The notes below the pieces were generated by a model. The model was given only the letters and a program-made list of their open reading frames with translations. It did not search any database and was not told the origin of the DNA. A stretch of DNA of 37,573 nucleotides, from positions 1-37,573 of IMG/VR virus record IMGVR_UViG_3300031965_000087; one strand, given 5' to 3'. The DNA comes from a virus. Taxonomy: Duplodnaviria; Caudoviricetes. Positions 32,109 to 37,573 of the stretch are shown here, one piece after another. Each line of letters opens with the position of its first letter. The stretch's first letter is position 1. The position numbers and the translations under genes are program-made.

Positions 32109-35100
32109 CAGACAAGCTCCCTCATGAACACCTGCTGCCAGAGCTGCCGGAACTGCGGGTGGTCCTCAACGATTTTACGGCCGTACTTCTTGAGCCACGC
32201 GCGAATGTCCGCAGCGTCCTGCGCCGTCGACACCTGCCGCGACGTCAACCCGCGTTCGTCTTGCATCTCGAGTGCCTTGTCACGCAACGTGAGGTAGTCC
32301 CGCACTCCCGCGACTGCACCCGGTCGCACCTTCGCGAGTTCCTTGTCGTCGACCGCGCGGGTGAGTTCGAGGATGCGGCGTTTCGTCGACGCGTAATCGA
32401 CCGCACCCGTGTTGTAGCCGGGGTACTCCTCTTCGAGTGCCATCTTGAGGTTGTCGAGCGCGTCTTGGGTTTCGTCGTCGATGTCTTCGCCGTACCGGCC
32501 GGCAGCCTTGTCGTAGATGTACGACGCGAGACGATGGTTCGCCAAGTCCAACCGTTGCTTCGGGGAAAGCCGTTCGCGTTCGCGGCCTTCGGTGAGCTGA
32601 TAGCCGGTGAAGTCGAACTCGCCTTTCGGGTCTTCGGGGGCGAACAAGCCGTACGTCTCGGGGTACAAGTCGCGGACCTTCGGGTTCTTCGCGACCCACG
32701 ACCATTGCTTCTCGGTGCGGGGCGTGAACCCAGTCGTGGTGCTCATCCCCTGCGCGACGAGGAACGCCGCGTCACCGTACGTGTCGATGAGCCACTCGAA
32801 TGCTGCGTCACCGCCGTCTTTGGTGAGCCGGTCGTAATACTTGTCGCGGATCACGGTCTGCTCGACGAGCTTGTTGTTCTTGTCACGCAACGCCCACCGG
32901 GGGATCGGCGCAGTCGGGAGCGTCGCAGACGACAACCCACGGAAGATCATGAAGAACTTCGCGGCTTTCGTCGCGTCTTTGAGGAGCCGGTCGGATTCCT
33001 CCACCGCGTCAGGACCGTGGAGGTCGTACTTCCCCGTCGACGCGTAGTAGTTCATCATGTACCCGACGGTGTTCCCGAACTCCTTGTCGCCTTCCGGGTT
33101 CCCCACCCCAACGAGGACACGCCCAACCCACGTTGGGAGCACGAGTTCTGCGATGTCGTTCGGGATGTTGCCGGAGAACTGGTCGCCGTACGGGAACACG
33201 AAGTCGTAGATGTTCTTCCCGAACTCGTCGGTTTGGAGCCACTTGTCGAACCCCGGCGAGTTCCGCTTCAAATACGACAAGGGGATCTGCACCACCGGGC
33301 CGACACCAGGCAGACCGTTCCCCGCGATGTTCAAGCCGCTCACTGAACCGGAGATCGGGACTGGGACACCTTCGGTGCCGGTCAAGTCCATCATCTTCTC
33401 CCCGATCCATTCCGCCGGCCCATAGGTGAAGACTTCCTGACCGAACGGTCCCTTTTCGAAGACCCCCGACCCGCGTGCCAACGCGACGCCCTGGCCGAGA
33501 CGCCGCAGGATCTTCGGGTTCTGCGCCACACCCTTCGCCCACCGGGACAGGACTTCCTGGTATGCCTCACCGAACGGGAACAACAGGCGCAGCTGATCCC
33601 ACATCTGGCCTCGCTCCGAGAGGTCGTACAGCAAGTCTTTCGTCGTTTGGAGCGCGTAGCCCTTCGAGAGCCGGTCGAGTTCGTTGAGACCGATCGAGTC
33701 TGCCGACGTCGGGATCCCCAAGATCCGCTGCCGGATCGACGCGGGGACTCCCGCAGCCTTCGCGTTCGCGAGCATCTTGATGCGGTCCGCCGCGTCGAGG
33801 AACGGTGCGAGCTCCTCCGCGCGTCGCCAGTAGAGCTGCCGGAACGCCGGGGACCTCGACAGGTAGTTCGACGGGCGGGGCATCAGCTCCCACATGACCT
33901 GATCTACGAAATGCCCCGCGGATTTCGTGAGGCCCTTCCCGCGTGGGAGGGGCGCACGAACATGCGTCGGGCCTTCCCACCCTTCGTCAGCGAATCGTTT
34001 CACCGAATCGACGAGAGAGTCGTACCCTTTCCCGATCGTGAGGTTCGTGCCGTCGAGCGTCCCGGTACGGATCGCGTCGAAGATCATGTCGTTCCCGGCG
34101 CTGACACCGTGGAGCCGCGAGTAGACCGTGTCGACATACCAGCCGGCCATCCGGTCGAGTTCTTGGGGGGTGAGCTCACCGACCATCTTCGGTGCCGCGT
34201 CGGGGGCGGTACGCACGACTCGTTCGGGGCGGAACACCTGATCGAACGACTTGCGGCCTTCGCCGAGGAGCCATTGCTTCGCGGCTTCGGGATTGTCGGC
34301 TTGTGCGACCGCACGGGCGATCGGGTCGTTACGGAGACGGATGACCTCGTCGACGACAGCACCGTTCCAACGGGGGTCGCCGCGGGTCGCGGTCGTCCAG
34401 AGGCGATGGTCGCCGGCAGCGTTCGCGGATTGTGCGACACCCCGGGGCGTAGCGGACTCGAAGATGTCGGAGAACGGCTTGTTGAGCGACTCGGCGAAGT
34501 CGGGGTCGTCGAAGACGAACGGGACGCCTTTCGCGTCGCCTTGCCATGCGCCGATGTCGTCGATGAAGGACCGGCCGACTCGTTTCGTGAGGGCCTTGAC
34601 GATGTTGTCGTCGGCGTCGGCGACGAGCGCAGACGGGAGCGCAGCGAGCTTGCGTCCGAGTCGAGATTCGGGGTTCGCGCCGAGAACGATCGCGAGTGCT
34701 TGCACCGGATGGTTGAACAAGCCGTCGAGGCCGTACTGCCAGAGGCGAGCCTGTTCTTCACCGACGACTCGGACACCCCACGCGGGACGGAACAGGCGGG
34801 CTTTGCGCCACACCTGCATCCCCTTCGTTGCCCACCCCGTCGCGAGGTCGAGGTTGCCGCCGTCCATCGTGACGCGAGACGCACCGACGATCATGTCCGC
34901 CACGTCTTTCCCCGACTCGACACCACGCGCGGCTTTCGCATACCGGGCCTGTCTCACCGCGTCGTCGGCGAGACGGGCGGCTTCGTCAGGCTTCGAGTCG
35001 CGCAGCGCGTCGTTCGCAGCGTTGCGGGCGGTACGGGCGAGGCTCTCGTGCTTCTCGGCGATCGTCGCCCACCGTGACGCGAACCCGCCGTAGCCTTTCG

Positions 35101-37294
35101 TGAGCGTACGAATGTCCTTGTATGCCGGGAGGGGAATGTTCGTGGCGAGCTGCTCGACCATCAGATGCGGTGACGGCATCACAATCCCGGCTTCGTTCAC
35201 GACCGCGAGGGGAGAATCGAGGTTGTCGCCAGTCATCGACTCGATCCCGAACCGGCGGAAGTCGTCGTCGACTGTCGTACCAAAGATACGAGTCGCGGCC
35301 CGAGCGTAGGACCGGGGAGTCTTGTAGACGTCGACGAGTCGGTCCTCGACAATCTGTGTCATCCGGTTCGCGGCGTCGTACCAGTCGTCTTCGCCTTGGG
35401 CACGGACGATCTTCCCGAACACCTCCGCACGTTGCTCTCGCGGGACTTGCGCGTTGCGGAGCCACCGTTCGGCTTGCTCCGCGGCGTCGTCGGGATCGTC
35501 GAGCCACAACGCCGGTTCGTTCGGAGCCTTGCTGGCCCACCGGTACCCGTCAAGCTTCGGCTTCCAGGTAGGACGAAACTTCCGTTCGATGGGGAACTCG
35601 CGGAGCGTCGTGCCGAGCGAATCGTCGAGGACACCCATGACACCTTGACGGTCACGGGCGCGTACGAGATTGTCGTGGAACTCGAGGGGGCCTTTCTTGC
35701 CGTACCGGGTCCACGAGTCGTAGACCGCTTCGGAATGCGCCGCGTCGTAGGTCGCTTGCGCAGACGTGCGGACCGTGTCGTCGGCTGCGTTGTCGATGTC
35801 GTCGGCGAGCGACCCGAGACGTTCGGCTTGGGCTTGGTGGTAGTCGAGGACACTGGACCCTTGCGGCGACGCGAACCATTCGGTGGTCGTCTTACGGTTC
35901 ACCCACAAGCGTGGGCCACGGCGACCACCGGCGCCTTCGACTGCCGTGTCGAACAGCGTGTCGCGTTGGCTGGTCGTCTCGTCGAGGAGCGACCGTTGGG
36001 AAGCGAGGGTCTCGTCGGCTGCCGTGAGGCGTGCTTGCGCCGACGCGAGATCATCCGACGCGAAGAGGCCCGGTTGGTCGGCAGTGTCGGCGAGGAGCCG
36101 GTCGACGTCACGACGGGCGGCGCGTTGCACTTTGCTCGCCCCCGCGAGTCCCCGCCGGGCGTTGCGGACCGTGGTGCGTGCCTCCCCGACATCGGAGAGC
36201 ACGTCGGGTTTCACGATACGGCGTTCGCGTGCCGCAGCAGTGAACGCAGCCATCGGGAGGTTCAACGGGTCGAACTTGACGGTCACGGCAGCGTCGACGG
36301 CACCCGAGAGGATGTCGAACTCCGTGGAGTCCGGGTCCGCGACTTGGTTCGCGACGAACCGGCCGGGAGTCCACGCGTGCCCGCCGATCAGGTACGGCGA
36401 CTGCGCCCGTGATTCTTCCGCGGCACGGTTCGCGGTCTTGGAGTCGAGCGCCGGGAACCAACCGGCACCAACATCAACTCTGCGGCCTTCGGCGAGGTCG
36501 ATCGCGGCTTGTCCACCTTGGGTCTGACGGAACTGCGCTTCGAGCTGATCCACGCCGAGCGGGTCGGAGAAGTCCCGGTAGTCACCCGACGCCGCGGTAC
36601 GGAACGACGCGTTGAGGAGCTGCATCGGCGTGTCGAGCGCCAAGAACGTCGCCCGTGACACGCCACGGATTTGGTCGCCGACGAACGGCACCGCGTCTGA
36701 TGCGGCCTGGCCTCCTTCGCGGACATCTTCGAACGCTTTCGCGCCGGGCGCGATGCGCGACAGGACCGTCGCGGGGTCTTCGCCTTCGATCGCGGCTTTG
36801 ACTGGCGCGACAACAGGGAGGTAGTCGAGCGCGCCGGTCAGCTGACCGATGCCGGCTTGTCGGTTCTCCGCGAGGTTCCGCACCGACTCGTCAGTGACGG
36901 GAAGGTCACCGAACCCAGTGGGGCTCATACGGTTGTGTTCCTCGATCTTGGCGCGGGCTTGCGCGAGTGCCGCTTGGGATTGGAACGTCCCGTCGGTCTC
37001 CTCACCCGGCTTCGCGAAGTTCCCCTTCGCGGCTCGCGCTTGGGCTTCGGTCTTCGACAAGGAACGGAGGATCTGCCGGTCAGTCGGATTGTCGAGACTC
37101 AACCCACGTTCCGCGAGCGGCAACACCACCTTCGGGGAGACATGCGGCAACGCCCGTCGGAGCTGCTTCGCACGCCGCGCGACAGCTTTCGGGTCTTTCC
37201 ACTTCGAGATCTGGGTCGCGGCACGACGGCGTCGTTCGCGGTACTGGCGGATCTGTGCCTGTTCGGCAGCCCAGTTGCGGAGACCGGATGCCAT
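32108..37294 (-). CDS. Large internal virion (ejection) protein, 1728 aa
   Basis: Size, position and helical composition typical of podovirus core proteins. Confidence 0.78.
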   Translation of the reverse strand: MASGLRNWAAEQAQIRQYRERRRRAATQISKWKDPKAVARRAKQLRRALPHVSPKVVLPLAERGLSLDNPTDRQILRSLSKTEAQARAAKGNFAKPGEETDGTFQSQAALAQARAKIEEHNRMSPTGFGDLPVTDESVRNLAENRQAGIGQLTGALDYLPVVAPVKAAIEGEDPATVLSRIAPGAKAFEDVREGGQAASDAVPFVGDQIRGVSRATFLALDTPMQLLNASFRTAASGDYRDFSDPLGVDQLEAQFRQTQGGQAAIDLAEGRRVDVGAGWFPALDSKTANRAAEESRAQSPYLIGGHAWTPGRFVANQVADPDSTEFDILSGAVDAAVTVKFDPLNLPMAAFTAAARERRIVKPDVLSDVGEARTTVRNARRGLAGASKVQRAARRDVDRLLADTADQPGLFASDDLASAQARLTAADETLASQRSLLDETTSQRDTLFDTAVEGAGGRRGPRLWVNRKTTTEWFASPQGSSVLDYHQAQAERLGSLADDIDNAADDTVRTSAQATYDAAHSEAVYDSWTRYGKKGPLEFHDNLVRARDRQGVMGVLDDSLGTTLREFPIERKFRPTWKPKLDGYRWASKAPNEPALWLDDPDDAAEQAERWLRNAQVPREQRAEVFGKIVRAQGEDDWYDAANRMTQIVEDRLVDVYKTPRSYARAATRIFGTTVDDDFRRFGIESMTGDNLDSPLAVVNEAGIVMPSPHLMVEQLATNIPLPAYKDIRTLTKGYGGFASRWATIAEKHESLARTARNAANDALRDSKPDEAARLADDAVRQARYAKAARGVESGKDVADMIVGASRVTMDGGNLDLATGWATKGMQVWRKARLFRPAWGVRVVGEEQARLWQYGLDGLFNHPVQALAIVLGANPESRLGRKLAALPSALVADADDNIVKALTKRVGRSFIDDIGAWQGDAKGVPFVFDDPDFAESLNKPFSDIFESATPRGVAQSANAAGDHRLWTTATRGDPRWNGAVVDEVIRLRNDPIARAVAQADNPEAAKQWLLGEGRKSFDQVFRPERVVRTAPDAAPKMVGELTPQELDRMAGWYVDTVYSRLHGVSAGNDMIFDAIRTGTLDGTNLTIGKGYDSLVDSVKRFADEGWEGPTHVRAPLPRGKGLTKSAGHFVDQVMWELMPRPSNYLSRSPAFRQLYWRRAEELAPFLDAADRIKMLANAKAAGVPASIRQRILGIPTSADSIGLNELDRLSKGYALQTTKDLLYDLSERGQMWDQLRLLFPFGEAYQEVLSRWAKGVAQNPKILRRLGQGVALARGSGVFEKGPFGQEVFTYGPAEWIGEKMMDLTGTEGVPVPISGSVSGLNIAGNGLPGVGPVVQIPLSYLKRNSPGFDKWLQTDEFGKNIYDFVFPYGDQFSGNIPNDIAELVLPTWVGRVLVGVGNPEGDKEFGNTVGYMMNYYASTGKYDLHGPDAVEESDRLLKDATKAAKFFMIFRGLSSATLPTAPIPRWALRDKNNKLVEQTVIRDKYYDRLTKDGGDAAFEWLIDTYGDAAFLVAQGMSTTTGFTPRTEKQWSWVAKNPKVRDLYPETYGLFAPEDPKGEFDFTGYQLTEGRERERLSPKQRLDLANHRLASYIYDKAAGRYGEDIDDETQDALDNLKMALEEEYPGYNTGAVDYASTKRRILELTRAVDDKELAKVRPGAVAGVRDYLTLRDKALEMQDERGLTSRQVSTAQDAADIRAWLKKYGRKIVEDHPQFRQLWQQVFMRELV

Positions 37295-37573
37295 CAGGTC
37301 GTACCCCGGTATTGGAGCTCTTCGATCATGGTGCGGAGATCATTCGACGGGTACTGCGCGTAGAGGGCTTGGAACATCTCGAGGATGGGTGCTTCCTGCG
37401 GTGGGGGGGCCATCGGCGCGAGTGCTTCGGGGCCGGGGCCGGGGCCGACGGGGAGCCCGGCGGTGAGCGGCTCTTGGGGTCGTTGTGTGGGCGCGCCGAG
37501 GGGCACGACGGGTGGCGCTTGGGGGAGCGGGATGGCGCGTTGCGCGTCGACTTGTGCTTTGCGTTCCCCGTAT
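37294..37573 (-). CDS. Pro-rich virion-region protein, 5' end outside the window
   Basis: ...YGERKAQVDAQRAIPL...APTQRPQEPLTAGLPVGPGPGPEAL; frame open to the edge. Confidence 0.7.
   Translation of the reverse strand, partial: YGERKAQVDAQRAIPLPQAPPVVPLGAPTQRPQEPLTAGLPVGPGPGPEALAPMAPPPQEAPILEMFQALYAQYPSNDLRTMIEELQYRGTT

Larger units (their letters stand above)
1..37573. mobile_element. Temperate phage genome segment (podovirus-like virion module, probable actinobacterial host)
   Basis: Capsid, scaffold, tail tubular A/B, internal virion, fibre, lysis, integrase, repressor and early genes in phage order; no host housekeeping genes; no tape measure or tail assembly chaperone seen. Confidence 0.95.

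Noticed and set aside
29146-36527. Long + strand ORFs (e.g. 29146..30654, 32039..33346, 33647..35077)
   Set aside because: Antisense shadows of high-GC - strand genes with no recognisable motifs

Overview
The whole window is part of a high-GC temperate phage genome with a podovirus-like virion module; leaderless TANNNT promoters and the gene types suggest an actinobacterial host. Almost all genes are on the - strand. Reading from right to left: internal virion proteins, scaffold, N4-gp56-like major capsid and small virion genes; a four-gene glycan cassette (GT4, WbdD-like methyltransferase/kinase, NDP-sugar C-methyltransferase, GT2); tail tubular A/B, fibres, holin(s) and an M15 endolysin. 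A + strand repressor-integrase cassette follows, with a tyrosine-recombinase-type core site inside the repressor ORF. The early region carries a MerR-type HTH, an SSB, a resolvase-like nuclease, an HNH nuclease, a C5 DNA methylase and many micro-genes sharing a 14-bp 3' motif. Two IS1595-family elements with damaged transposases carry cargo; one has clear TIRs and an 8-bp TSD and splits a lysozyme-like lipoprotein gene. No tRNA, rRNA, CRISPR array or reverse transcriptase was recognised. All family calls come from motifs read by eye, not database searches.
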